From Clostridia bacterium (lineage in GTDB: Bacteria > Bacillota > Clostridia > TANB77 > CAG-508), in assembly GCA_900759475.1 (NCBI GenBank), contig CAAEVK010000008.1, positions 4,018-68,017 of the forward strand: a stretch of DNA of 64,000 nucleotides. Reading direction: 5' to 3'. Positions 44,282-54,677 of this stretch are shown here, piece by piece. How positions within the stretch are numbered: position 1 is the stretch's first letter; the number at the start of each line of letters is the position of its first letter. Under the pieces are notes generated by a model. The model made no database searches, was not told the DNA's origin, and saw only the letters and a list, made by a program, of their open reading frames with translations. Position numbers and translations under genes: made by a program.

Positions 44282-44785
44282 TTAAACCTCTAGTATTATA
44301 GCTTTCTTTTCTTTTAAACACTTTGGTACATCCAATATTCTTTGATTATCTGAACCTCTAAATTTTATTTCCGGATTTTTTCTTTCTTGAATAAATTTAC
44401 CATCTACCAAAACGTCTATATTTTGTAGTGCTTGATTCGTTATATCATCATTTCTTTCTCTTAATTCTTCCAATGTATAACCTGTATAGCACCATACATC
44501 AAAATTTGGCTTTACTTTTCTTACATCTTGAATAAATTTATTTACCTCTGCAATATTTTCTTTGCATAAAGGTTCTCCACCACTAATTGTAATTCCATTT
44601 AAAATAGAATTTGCTTGAATTCTTTCTAAAATTTCTTGTTCATTAAATTCTTTTCCATAATCATAACTTTGTGCTACTTCATTATGGCATCCTGGGCAGT
44701 GGTGTGGGCATCCACTTACAAATAATACTGCTCTCCATCCCAAACCATTTGCTATACTTTCATCATAAAATCCTGCTATTTTCAT
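44282..44785 (-). CDS. nrdG: anaerobic ribonucleotide reductase activating protein (radical SAM)
   Basis: GCPHHCPGCHN cluster motif; adjacent to nrdD. Confidence 0.85.
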   Translation of the reverse strand: MKIAGFYDESIANGLGWRAVLFVSGCPHHCPGCHNEVAQSYDYGKEFNEQEILERIQANSILNGITISGGEPLCKENIAEVNKFIQDVRKVKPNFDVWCYTGYTLEELRERNDDITNQALQNIDVLVDGKFIQERKNPEIKFRGSDNQRILDVPKCLKEKKAIILEV

Positions 44786-44860
44786 ATGTATTTCCTCCCT
44801 TTTTTAGAAGTAAGGTCACTATTTATAGTGACCTTGAACACTTTATCCAATTATTTGATT

Positions 44861-47149
44861 CTATGTTTTTGAATCTAGTCCTGTATGGGTTACTCTATCC
44901 TTTAATTCGTCTAATTTTGCTGAATTCCAACGAGAGGTTGTTCCTACTAAATAACCTGTAATTCTTTGAATTGTATCAATATTTTCACTACCGCATTTAG
45001 GACACTTTACTAAATTAGCATCTGCATTTTCAAAACCACATTCTAGGCACCTTGACCTAGTATGATTAATACTTCCATATCCCATATTGTATTTATCCAT
45101 TAGGTCTACTACTGCTTGTACAGTTTGTGGATTATGTGTTGCATCTCCATCTAGTTCAATATAGAAAATATGCCCTGCCCTACATAAGTCATGGTATGGA
45201 GCTTCTATTTTTGCTTTATGTTCTGCTGTACATTTATACCATACTGGAACATGGTTACTATTGGTATAATATTCTTTATCTGTAATCCCTGGAATAATTC
45301 CATAATCCTTTTTATCTATTTTTGTAAATCTACCAGATAATCCTTCTGCTGGCGTTGCTAATACCGAATAATTTAAATTATATTTTTCTGAAAATTCATT
45401 TGTTAAATCTCTCATTTGTGTAATAATTTCAATTCCCAATTTTTGTGAATCTTCTGATTCTCCATGATGTTTTCCTGTTAAAGCAATTAAACATTCTGCT
45501 AAACCAATAAAACCTATACTTAATGTTCCATGTTTTAAAACAGGTTCTATTATATCATTTGGTTTTAGTTTATCGCTTCCAATCCACATACCCGACATTA
45601 ATAATGGAAATTGTTTTGCTAATGCTGTACATTGAAATTTATATCTTTCATATAATTGTTGTGCTGCTAATGTTGCATATTTTTCTAACTTATTCATAAA
45701 TATTTTCTTTACTGTCTTTTTATAGTTTTCTGTCATTTCACCTTCACTATTCGTTCCTAGTGTGAATTTTTTTCCTACTTTTTCTTGTGCTTCTAAAGCT
45801 GATTCTATTGCAATTCTTGGTAAATTAATAGTTGTAAAAGATAAATTTCCTCTACCAACAGAAGTTTTTTCTCCATGCCTATCCTCAAATACTCTTGTTC
45901 TGCATCCCATTGTTGCACATTCATAATAACTTCTATTAGAATCTTCTGCTTTCCATTTTTCATTTTGATTAAATGTGGCATCTAAATTAATATAATTAGG
46001 GAAAAATCTTTTTGCTGCTACTTTACAAGAAAATTGGTATAAATCATAATTTCTATCTTCCGGTAAATAATTAACACCTCTTTTTTTCTTCCAAATTTGG
46101 ATAGGAAAAATAGCTGTTTCTCCATTTCCAACCCCTTCATAAGTTGATTGCAACATTTCCCTTATAATACATCTTCCTTCTGGTGTTGTATCTGTTCCAT
46201 AATTAATAGAACTAAATACTACTTGGTTTCCTCCTCTAGAGTGGATAGTATTCATATTGTGAATAAATGCTTCCATTGCTTGATGTACTCTATTAACAGT
46301 ATTATTTACTGCAATTTGTAACATTCTATCTTTTCCCTTTAAACCTGTTAAATCTTTTTTAATATAGTCCTCTGGTTGATAGTCCAATAAATCTGTTACA
46401 TCTATGTCAAAACTTTCTCCTTGTTTTTTTATTTCTTCTTGTAATGTTTTTTTGACATATGGTGCCAAATAATAATCAAAGTTTGGTATAGCCTGTCCTC
46501 CATGCATTTCATTTTGAATTGTTTCCATAGAAATACATCCAATAATACTTGCTGTTTCTATTCTTTTGGCAGGTCTTGAAGAACCATGTCCTGCCCTAAA
46601 ACCCTCTTGTAATATTTTATCTAATGGATGTTGTAAACAAGTTAATGATTTGGTTGGATAATAATCTTTATCATGAATATGAATATATCCTTTTTTCATT
46701 GCTTCTCTTACTTCTGGTGAAAGTAAAAAGTCATCTACAAATGGTTTTGTTGTTTCACTTGCAAATTTCATCATCATACCTGCTGGAGTATCTGCATTCA
46801 TATTAGCATTTTCTCTCGTAATATCATTAGCCTTTGCACCTATAATATCTAAAAATATTTCTTTTGTTTTTGATTTTCTTGCAACATCTCTATTATATCG
46901 ATAAGTAATATAGCTTTGTGCTACTTCCTTTCTACTAGATCCCATTAATTTTTTTTCTACAACATCTTGAATTTCATACACACTAACTTGATTTTTATCT
47001 TCTAACTGTTTTTCAACACTATTTGCAATTTTATTTGCTAAATCAATATCTACTCCTCCTACTGTTTGTGCCATTGATTTTGTAACAGCATCTATAATTC
47101 TTTCCTTATTAAATTCTACCACTCTTCCATCTCTTTTAATTACTTGCAT
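44861..47149 (-). CDS. nrdD: anaerobic ribonucleoside-triphosphate reductase
   Basis: N-terminal ATP-cone VIKRDGRVVEFN, C-terminal Zn ribbon CLECG..CPKCG and glycyl-radical RITGYL. Confidence 0.9.
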   Translation of the reverse strand: MQVIKRDGRVVEFNKERIIDAVTKSMAQTVGGVDIDLANKIANSVEKQLEDKNQVSVYEIQDVVEKKLMGSSRKEVAQSYITYRYNRDVARKSKTKEIFLDIIGAKANDITRENANMNADTPAGMMMKFASETTKPFVDDFLLSPEVREAMKKGYIHIHDKDYYPTKSLTCLQHPLDKILQEGFRAGHGSSRPAKRIETASIIGCISMETIQNEMHGGQAIPNFDYYLAPYVKKTLQEEIKKQGESFDIDVTDLLDYQPEDYIKKDLTGLKGKDRMLQIAVNNTVNRVHQAMEAFIHNMNTIHSRGGNQVVFSSINYGTDTTPEGRCIIREMLQSTYEGVGNGETAIFPIQIWKKKRGVNYLPEDRNYDLYQFSCKVAAKRFFPNYINLDATFNQNEKWKAEDSNRSYYECATMGCRTRVFEDRHGEKTSVGRGNLSFTTINLPRIAIESALEAQEKVGKKFTLGTNSEGEMTENYKKTVKKIFMNKLEKYATLAAQQLYERYKFQCTALAKQFPLLMSGMWIGSDKLKPNDIIEPVLKHGTLSIGFIGLAECLIALTGKHHGESEDSQKLGIEIITQMRDLTNEFSEKYNLNYSVLATPAEGLSGRFTKIDKKDYGIIPGITDKEYYTNSNHVPVWYKCTAEHKAKIEAPYHDLCRAGHIFYIELDGDATHNPQTVQAVVDLMDKYNMGYGSINHTRSRCLECGFENADANLVKCPKCGSENIDTIQRITGYLVGTTSRWNSAKLDELKDRVTHTGLDSKT

Positions 47150-47251
47150 TTTTATTACCCCCTATTTTTAATTTATTATCATAATAAAAAACTTGATTTA
47201 CTCACCATATTTTTTATTCTGCACTTATTTTATAGAAACATTTTTTAGTTG

Positions 47252-47271
47252 AAAGTTGCTATAGCAACTTT
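47252..47271. promoter_or_regulatory. 20-bp perfect palindrome (core GTTGCTATAGCAAC), candidate operator, copy 1
   Basis: aaagttgctatagcaacttt; about 105 nt upstream of the nrdD start. Confidence 0.4.
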
Positions 47272-47397
47272 TTTTATTTTTATTTTTGGTATCTTTCTTC
47301 TTTAGCTTAAATTTCTTATTTTTGTCTAATATTACATTTATATTACAAATATTTTGCAGTTTTTTACGCTTGTCATCAGTATGTTTTAAATTTTAGT

Positions 47398-47411
47398 GTT
47401 GCTATAGCAAC
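47398..47411. promoter_or_regulatory. identical 14-bp palindrome GTTGCTATAGCAAC, candidate operator, copy 2
   Basis: About 40 nt upstream of the Crp/Fnr-family gene ATG, just upstream of a -10-like tgtgatattat. Confidence 0.4.
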
Positions 47412-47450
47412 TTTTTTGTGATATTATTTTTAAAAAAGGGTGAGGTAATT

Positions 47451-48074
47451 ATGAAAAAAATTTTTGATGCAAATAATTTTATAAACAAATTAAAAACAAA
47501 CTGTTTTTTAGGAGAAATTAAAGAATTTCAGGAAAACGAAATTATTACAACCTTTTTAATTAGAAGAAATCAGTTTTGTATTTTGTTAGATGGTGAAGCA
47601 CAACTACTTACCTACGACAAGCAAGGAAACAAAAAAATTATATATTGTTATAAAAAAAATGACCTTTTTGGAGAAGCATTATTTAAAATTTATATGGATA
47701 GAGAATTATTTGTTTTAGCCAAAAAGAAATGCAGTGTGTTATTTTTTCCTTATGACACCATTGAAAACTGTAGCAAAGATTGTTTATTCCATTTAGAACT
47801 GTTAAGGAATTTACCAGACCTTATTTTACATGGAATTGCGGAACAAAACTTTAGAATACTTTTATTATCTCATAAAAGTGTACGAGACAAATTATTAACT
47901 TATTTTCAAACCCTTGCTAGAGAAAATAATAGTAAGAACATAGAAATTCCTTTTTCTTTAACAGATTTAGCAGATTATCTTATGATTGAACGAACCGCTA
48001 TGATGAGAGAATTAAAGCGATTAAAAGATGAAAAAATTATTAAGAAAAATAATGACAAAATAACATTATTATAA
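47451..48074 (+). CDS. Crp/Fnr-family transcriptional regulator
   Basis: cNMP-binding-like N-terminus and C-terminal HTH (SLTDLADYLMIERTAMMRELKRL); ATG at 47451 after the RBS ggtgagg. Confidence 0.75.
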   Translation: MKKIFDANNFINKLKTNCFLGEIKEFQENEIITTFLIRRNQFCILLDGEAQLLTYDKQGNKKIIYCYKKNDLFGEALFKIYMDRELFVLAKKKCSVLFFPYDTIENCSKDCLFHLELLRNLPDLILHGIAEQNFRILLLSHKSVRDKLLTYFQTLARENNSKNIEIPFSLTDLADYLMIERTAMMRELKRLKDEKIIKKNNDKITLL

Positions 48075-48081
48075 TGTTAAC

Positions 48082-48113
48082 AAAATACCTGTGAATTTAA
48101 TCACAGGTATTTT
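48082..48113. terminator. bidirectional terminator between the Crp/Fnr gene and the PBP gene
   Basis: aaaatacctgtga-atttaa-tcacaggtatttt. Confidence 0.8.
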
Positions 48114-48114
48114 G

Positions 48115-50133
48115 TTAAAAAAGTTCTTTTATTTTAGAAATTAAATAATGACTTCCTCCTGTTGTTTTAGCATCTTCTACCATACTAACAATTAGCATTG
48201 GATTTTGGCTATTTACTGTAAAACAATTAAACCATCCTAGTTGTGTACCTTCATCTTCTGTTGTATTTTTTTGTATTTCCGCTGTACCTGTTTTTCCTGC
48301 TAGAGTAATCCCATTTATTTTTGCATCATGAGCTGTTCCATTGCTATTTTCCACAACTTGAATTAAGTCCTCTTGAATAATCGCTGCTGCATCTTTAGAA
48401 AAAACATTAGTTTTCCAATATTGCACATCTGGAGTTTCTTTATATTCTATATATGGTTTTAACATATTTCCTTCATTAATAAAAGCAGAATAAATACAAG
48501 CCATATGAATTGGGTTTACTAATATTTCTCCTTGTCCATATCCACTGTCTGCCAAACTAATTTCTGTTTCAATTTTTCCATTATTTGAAACCTGTGATTT
48601 TGCTAAATCAATAATAAACGGAATTTCTTCACCAAAACCTAACTGGTTTAATCCCTCCACCAAAGTACTACTTCCAATTCTTAAAGCTAACTTTGCAAAA
48701 TAAATATTATCTGATCGAAGTAGTGCATTTTGTAAATTAGCTGCTTGGCTGTATGGTGTTAAAGTTGTAATATAATAATTTCCCCAAGATTTATTGTTTT
48801 GCCAACTTAATCCACTTCTTCCAAAATCTTCATTTGCATCAAATTTTTCATTTGTTAATCCAATAGCTCCTGTAATTGGTTTAAAAACAGATCCAGGTGT
48901 CCAGCTTTGAGCAAAACGATTTAACAATAAATTTCTCTCATCATTTTTAACTAAATTCCATTTATTATTAGAATATCCCATTGCAAAGTCATTTGCATCA
49001 TAAGATGGTGTACTAACTAATGCCAACATTTCACCAGTTTCAGGTTGCATAACAACAAATAATCCTTTATTTTCTCCTAAACTATTATATAATTTTTCTT
49101 GTATAGCTATATCAATTGTTGTTTTAATGTCTTCTCCATTTTTTACTTGTTTTTGTAAAATAGTAGATTTTTTATTTCCTTGGCTGTCTTCTATATATAT
49201 TTCGTAGCCGTCTTGTCCTTTTAATCTTTCTTCCCAAGCTTTTTCTAATCCAACTTTTCCAATAATACTATTTTGGTCATACCCTTTTTCTTTTCTACTT
49301 TCTAGTTCTTCTGCTGTAATAGATTGCACATAACCAGTTAAGTGAGAAGTTACTTCTCCATAAGGGTATACTCTCATTGTTTTATCTGTAATCATAATTC
49401 CTTTTATTTCTAGTAATTGTTTTTTTAATTCTGTTGCATTTTTTGAAATTGTCTTAATTGGAACAAAAGTGTCTTCTTTTACATAAGATGCACTCATGTC
49501 GTTTTCTATACTTTCAACAGAAATATCTAATAATGTTGCTATTTTTTCTAAATCTTGCTGTTTATTTTCACTTAGTTTTCCTGGAACTATTCCCACTGAA
49601 GATGCAGTTCCTTCCCCTGCTAGCATTTTTCCATTTCTATCTAAAATACTACCACGTTTAGCTTCTGTTGTTTTAATACGTAATTTATCTTCATTGTTTA
49701 AAGTAGGATAAATGAGGTTAGAAGACCATTCTATTTCATATTTTTTTTCTGTGTTTTTTAAAAAACTCACTGTATTAGAAAATCCTAATTCTCCTGCCAA
49801 TGTTTGCATAGTAGTTTTATATTTTATTTCTGTCTTTGTTGCATCTAGCTTATTAATTTCTAATATTTCAATCTTTAAGTTTTTCATTTCTATACCAGAA
49901 TAAATATTTTTATTTCTTGTAATAAAATCTTCTTTTGATATTTTCTCTTTACTATTATTTGTAATTAATTCATACATTTTTTCATAATTTTGTTCATTTA
50001 AGTTAGCCATGTATTCTTTTAAAACACCTTCTGGTTGATTTGCTTCTTTGTAATAATTCCATATAACAATTCCTACTATTATTCCCACAATAACTAAAAT
50101 AGTTACAATAATAGCAATAACTTTTTTCTTCAT
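48115..50133 (-). CDS. class B penicillin-binding protein with MecA_N/NTF2-like N-terminal domain
   Basis: SVFKP (SxxK), SDN, KTGT motifs; N-terminal TM. Confidence 0.85.
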   Translation of the reverse strand: MKKKVIAIIVTILVIVGIIVGIVIWNYYKEANQPEGVLKEYMANLNEQNYEKMYELITNNSKEKISKEDFITRNKNIYSGIEMKNLKIEILEINKLDATKTEIKYKTTMQTLAGELGFSNTVSFLKNTEKKYEIEWSSNLIYPTLNNEDKLRIKTTEAKRGSILDRNGKMLAGEGTASSVGIVPGKLSENKQQDLEKIATLLDISVESIENDMSASYVKEDTFVPIKTISKNATELKKQLLEIKGIMITDKTMRVYPYGEVTSHLTGYVQSITAEELESRKEKGYDQNSIIGKVGLEKAWEERLKGQDGYEIYIEDSQGNKKSTILQKQVKNGEDIKTTIDIAIQEKLYNSLGENKGLFVVMQPETGEMLALVSTPSYDANDFAMGYSNNKWNLVKNDERNLLLNRFAQSWTPGSVFKPITGAIGLTNEKFDANEDFGRSGLSWQNNKSWGNYYITTLTPYSQAANLQNALLRSDNIYFAKLALRIGSSTLVEGLNQLGFGEEIPFIIDLAKSQVSNNGKIETEISLADSGYGQGEILVNPIHMACIYSAFINEGNMLKPYIEYKETPDVQYWKTNVFSKDAAAIIQEDLIQVVENSNGTAHDAKINGITLAGKTGTAEIQKNTTEDEGTQLGWFNCFTVNSQNPMLIVSMVEDAKTTGGSHYLISKIKELF

Positions 50134-50309
50134 TTTTACCCCTCTTTTTTCTTAAATTATATTAGTGTAATTTTATCACAAAGTAGCAAAAAAAGATAGA
50201 TTTTTATAAAAATTTGTCTTTTTTTGTTACATAATAATTACAAATGACACTTATTTAGATTAGAGCATAATAATAATTCCAAAAATATTGTGGAAAAACG
50301 GATTATATA

Positions 50310-50338
50310 TTGACAAAGCAGAATATTTTTTATAAAAT
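50310..50338 (+). promoter_or_regulatory. sigma-A-type promoter upstream of sufC
   Basis: TTGACA (50310-50315), 17-nt spacer, TAAAAT (50333-50338). Confidence 0.6.
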
Positions 50339-50420
50339 GTTAGTCGTATCTAACTTGTGTAAAAATATTTGAATTGATATAATTTTAACTATTTAAACTA
50401 AAAATAAAGGAGGAATTTAA

Positions 50421-51131
50421 GTGTTAGAATTAAAAAATATATGTTTTGAACGAGACAATAAAAAAATATTAGATAATATTAATTTAGTATTAGAAGACAA
50501 TCAATTTTATGTTATTACAGGTCCTAATGGCTCTGGTAAGTCTACATTAGCAAAAATTATTATGGGAATTGAAACACAAGATAGTGGACAAGTTATTTTA
50601 AATGGAAAAGATATTAGCCACCTCCCTATTTATGAAAGAGCTAAACTTGGTATTGGTTTTGCTTTTCAGCAACCTGTTAAATTCAAAGGACTTACTGTTT
50701 ATGATTTACTAAAATTATCTATTCAAAAAGATTTATCTAAAAAAGATGCTTGTAATATTTTATCTCAGGTTGGTTTGTGTGCTAAGGAATATATTGATAG
50801 GGAAATTAACTCTTCTTTGTCTGGTGGTGAATTAAAAAGAATTGAAATTGCAACAGTTGCTGTTAGAAACTCTTGTTTAACAATTTTTGATGAACCAGAA
50901 GCTGGAATTGACTTATGGAGTTTTCAAAACTTAATTAAAATTTTTGAAAATATACGTCAATCAACAAAAGGAATTACTCTCATTATTTCTCATCAAGAAC
51001 GAATTCTAACAATTGCTAATACTATTATTTTATTAAATAATGGAAAAATTGAAAAAACAGGAAACTCTATTCAGATGATGAATGAAATTTTAGTAAAACC
51101 AAACTGTTGCAAATTAGGAGGTGAAATTTAA
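50421..51131 (+). CDS. sufC: Fe-S cluster assembly ATPase SufC
   Basis: GPNGSGKST, LSGGELKR, FDEPEAG; GTG start after aaaggagg. Confidence 0.85.
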   Translation: MLELKNICFERDNKKILDNINLVLEDNQFYVITGPNGSGKSTLAKIIMGIETQDSGQVILNGKDISHLPIYERAKLGIGFAFQQPVKFKGLTVYDLLKLSIQKDLSKKDACNILSQVGLCAKEYIDREINSSLSGGELKRIEIATVAVRNSCLTIFDEPEAGIDLWSFQNLIKIFENIRQSTKGITLIISHQERILTIANTIILLNNGKIEKTGNSIQMMNEILVKPNCCKLGGEI

Positions 51132-52050
51132 TTGGAAAAAATAGATCAAAATTTATTAAAAGAAATTACAGATATAGATGGTAGCTATTCACGGAGCCTA
51201 TAATATTCGTAAAAATGGAAAAGGAATTGAAAGAAAAATAACTGATAATGTTAATATTATTACGAAAACAGATAAATCTGGTATTGATATTTATGTAAAA
51301 GAAAATACCAAGCTTGACTTTGTCCATATTCCTGTTATTATTACACAAAGTGGATTAAATGACATAGTCTATAATGACTTCTATATTGGTAAAAATGCTA
51401 ATGTAGTTATTATTGCAGGTTGTGGTATTCATAATGATGCTCATTTAGATTCACAACATGACGGTATTCATCGCTTCTTTTTAGAAAAAGGAGCAAAGGT
51501 AAAATATATTGAAAAACATTATGGTGAAGGAAATGGAAATGGAAAAAAAATTCTAAATCCTGTTACTCAATTACATTTAAAAAGTGGTAGCACCTTTGAA
51601 ATGGACAGTATTCAAATAAAGGGTGTTGATTCTACTATTAGAACTACCAAAGGAGTTTTAGAAGATAATACTAATTTAGTTATTTCGGAAAAAATTATGA
51701 CACATGGTTCACAATATGCCAAAACTTCCTTTGAAGTAAACTTAAATGGTAGTTATTCTAGTACTAAAGTAACCTCAAGATCAGTTGCAACCGAAAATTC
51801 TATTCAGCAATTTGAATCTAAAGTAGAAGGAAATTCTACCTGTTTTGGTCATGTAGAATGTGATGCTATTATTCAAGATCATGCTAAAGTAATTGCTATT
51901 CCTTCCATTATTGCTAATCACGTGGATGCTAATTTAGTTCATGAAGCAACAATTGGAAAAATTGCTGGAGAACAATTAATAAAACTAATGTCTTTAGGTC
52001 TTTCTGAAAAAGAAGCAGAACAAGAAATTATTAATGGTTTTTTGAAATAA
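51132..52050 (+). CDS. SufB/SufD-family Fe-S assembly protein; N-terminus recovered if +1 at CGG
   Basis: A TTG follows the sufC stop: LEKIDQNLLKEITDIDGSYS then CGG, and the +1 frame continues GAYNIRKNGKGIE... C-terminal HEATIGKIAGEQLIKLMSLGLSEKEAEQEIINGFL. Confidence 0.75.
51192..51194 (+). other. in-frame CGG, inferred +1 recoding site (SufB/D-like)
   Basis: TCA CGG A, codon 21 from the TTG at 51132. The 0 frame stops 2 codons later, and the +1 frame has a TAG just upstream of its first ATG. Confidence 0.65.
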
Positions 52051-52122
52051 TTTCTTTCTTCTTGCATTTCATTCTTTTTTAACATGTTACAATATATTAC
52101 ATAAATTTGAAATGAGGTTATT

Positions 52123-54519
52123 ATGAATAAAATACCTGAACTTTTATCTCCTGTTCGGAGATTATGATTGTTTAGTTGCAGCTGTGCAAAATGGTGCAGA
52201 TGCCGTTTATTTTGGTGCTAGTTTATTTAACGCACGAGCAAGTGCAACCAATTTTGATGATACTTCTTTAAAAAAAGCTATTGACTATGCCAAATTAAGA
52301 AATGTAAAAGCACATCTTACTTTGAATACCTTAATTAAAAACAACGAATTTGAACAAGCATTATCTCTAGCTAATAAAGCCTATTCTTATGGAATTGATG
52401 CTATTATTGTACAAGATTTAGGACTAGCACGTTATTTAATTAAACATTTTCCAGATTTACCAATTCATGCTAGTACCCAAATGAGTATTTATAATTTAGA
52501 TGGTGTAAAAAAAGCAGAACAGTTAGGATTTTCTAGGGTAGTTTTAGCAAGGGAAGTTCCTATCTCTGAAATTAAATCTATTTGTGAAAGTTCTTCTATT
52601 GAAATCGAAACTTTTCTACATGGTGCCCTTTGTATGTCTTATTCTGGTCAATGCTTATTCTCGAGTATGATTGGTGGGCGCTCTGGTAATCGCGGAAAAT
52701 GTGCTCAAGTTTGTCGTCTTCCATATGAACTTTTAGAAAACAATAAAATAATTGATAAAGGGTATTTACTTAGTCCTAAAGATGTATGTTCACTAGAATT
52801 ATTACCAGATTTAATCAATGCGGGAGTTGATTGTTTTAAAATAGAAGGAAGAATGAAATCTCCCGAATATGTTGCTACTGTTACTAAAATTTATAAAAAA
52901 TATATTAATATGGTAATAGAACATCAGCAATACTTTGTAGAAAATACAGATAAAAAAAATTTAATGCAAGTTTTTAACCGTGGCGGTTTTAGTTTAGGAC
53001 ATTTAGCAGATTCACCTAATTTTCAGCTTGTTTTTAAAGAAAAACCAAACCATATGGGAATTTATTTAGGAAAAGTTGCTCATTTTAATGCTAACAAAGG
53101 TTATATAAAACTTGTATTAAACGATACTGTTTCTAAATTAGATACAATTAGTGTTGGCTCAGAATTTGGTTCTTATACTGTTTCTGAACTTATGCTAGAT
53201 AAAAAAAATGTTGCTGTTGGAAATTGCAATGAATATATTACTATTGGTAGAGTAAAGGGAAATATTCGGAATTGGAAACAAAGTCTATAAAATGACCTCC
53301 AAAGAATTAGCTACACAGGTACGGAAATACTTTTTCCGGAAAAGAATTTAAAAAAATTTTCCTTCATGCTGAAATTACTGTTTTAGAAAATATCCCTATT
53401 AAATTAAAAGTTACGGCTAATAATGGTATTTATCAAAATATTTCTTTCGAAATTCAAGCTAATGTTTGTCCTATACCAGCAACTTCACAACCAATTACCA
53501 AGGAAAAAATTATTGAACAACTTTCTAAAACTGGTAATACACAATTTGAGTTTACAAATATAAACGTAAATTTAGGAAACAGGTTATATATTCCTAAATT
53601 TTGTATTTTTAATGAACTTCGTAGACAAGCATTAGAAAAACTAGAGCAAATTGTAAAGTCTAGGTATGAAAAGGATTTAAAAAATTTACCTCTTAAAAAA
53701 TCTAGTAACCATACGTTTTTAAATTACCAAATTAGTATTTTATTAAGCGAACTTTCTACTCATATAAATTATAGTACATTATCTGCTGTTTCCAAGGTGT
53801 ATATTCCATTACATTATTTTTTGGAAAAAAGTTTTAAAAATGTAATAGAAAATTTATGCCAAAATCAAAATGTTTATATTTATTTACCAACTATTACTAG
53901 AAAAAACTATTCCAATATATTGCACACAATGTTAAATGCTATTGTTCAAGCATTTTCTATAAAAGGTTTTGTTGTTTCTAATTTGTCACAAATTGAAATT
54001 GTTAAGAATTATCATTTAGAAATAGTTGGGAACTATACTTTAAATGTATTTAATAGCCAAACAATTAATGAATTAAAAGATTTAGGAATACAAACTTATA
54101 CTATATCGCCTGAATTAGATAAATCTACTATAAATGAAGTAAATAAATGTGCTACTATCTCTTCTGAAATTATTTGTTATGGGTATTTACCTTTAATGAA
54201 CTGCAACTATTGTTTATTAGGTAAATCTAACAAATGCTATCCTGAATGTAATCAGCAGTGTAAAAATAATTTTTATTATTTAAGAGATAGAATGGGCTTT
54301 TTGTTTAAAGTTGTTCCGGATAAAATAGAAACAGTTACTACCATCTATAATAGTAAAATTACTTCTATTGCACCTCAAGGGTTAAATTGTGATTTTATAA
54401 GATTAGATTTTACTAAAGAAACTATAGAAGAAATAAATGAAATAATTACTACTTACCAAGCATGTAATCGTATAGAAGGGCAAAATTATACCAACGGAAA
54501 CTTGAATAGAGAAGTATAA
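52123..54519 (+). CDS. long U32-family peptidase-like protein; one CDS if +1 at three CGG codons
   Basis: MNKIPELLSPV-G-DYDCLVAAVQNGADAVYFG; U32 signature ETFLHGALCMSYSGQCLFSSMIGGRSGNRGKCAQVCR; the frames join through 53267 and 53322. Confidence 0.8.
52156..52158 (+). other. in-frame CGG, inferred +1 recoding site (U32 long, site 1)
   Basis: GTT CGG A, codon 12; the 0 frame stops 3 codons later. Confidence 0.8.
53267..53269 (+). other. in-frame CGG, inferred +1 recoding site (U32 long, site 2)
   Basis: ATT CGG A. Confidence 0.75.
53322..53324 (+). other. in-frame CGG, inferred +1 recoding site (U32 long, site 3)
   Basis: GTA CGG A. Reading this CGG through and shifting at 53337-53339 (TTC CGG A) gives the same downstream frame. 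Confidence 0.65.
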
Positions 54520-54677
54520 AACAGTTAAAATTACATAAATGATTTATATAAAAAACTTAAAATCAAAAAATAAATCCAAAGAAAAGACTGTTGAACAAAA
54601 TATTTTTATATACTTTGTCAACAGTCTGAAAATTTTAATATAATAATATTAAAATTTATTTTTAAAAATTATTTCCT

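Noticed and set aside
47150-47250. NrdR boxes upstream of nrdD
   Set aside because: I could not find paired 16-bp NrdR-like boxes at the usual spacing of about 31 bp. Only the GTTGCTATAGCAAC palindromes stand out.
53337-53339. A second CGG 15 nt after the U32 site at 53322 as an additional (fourth) shift site
   Set aside because: Only one shift is needed between 53322 and 53340. After shifting at 53322 this CGG is out of frame (TCC GGA). I kept it as an alternative position, not a separate event.
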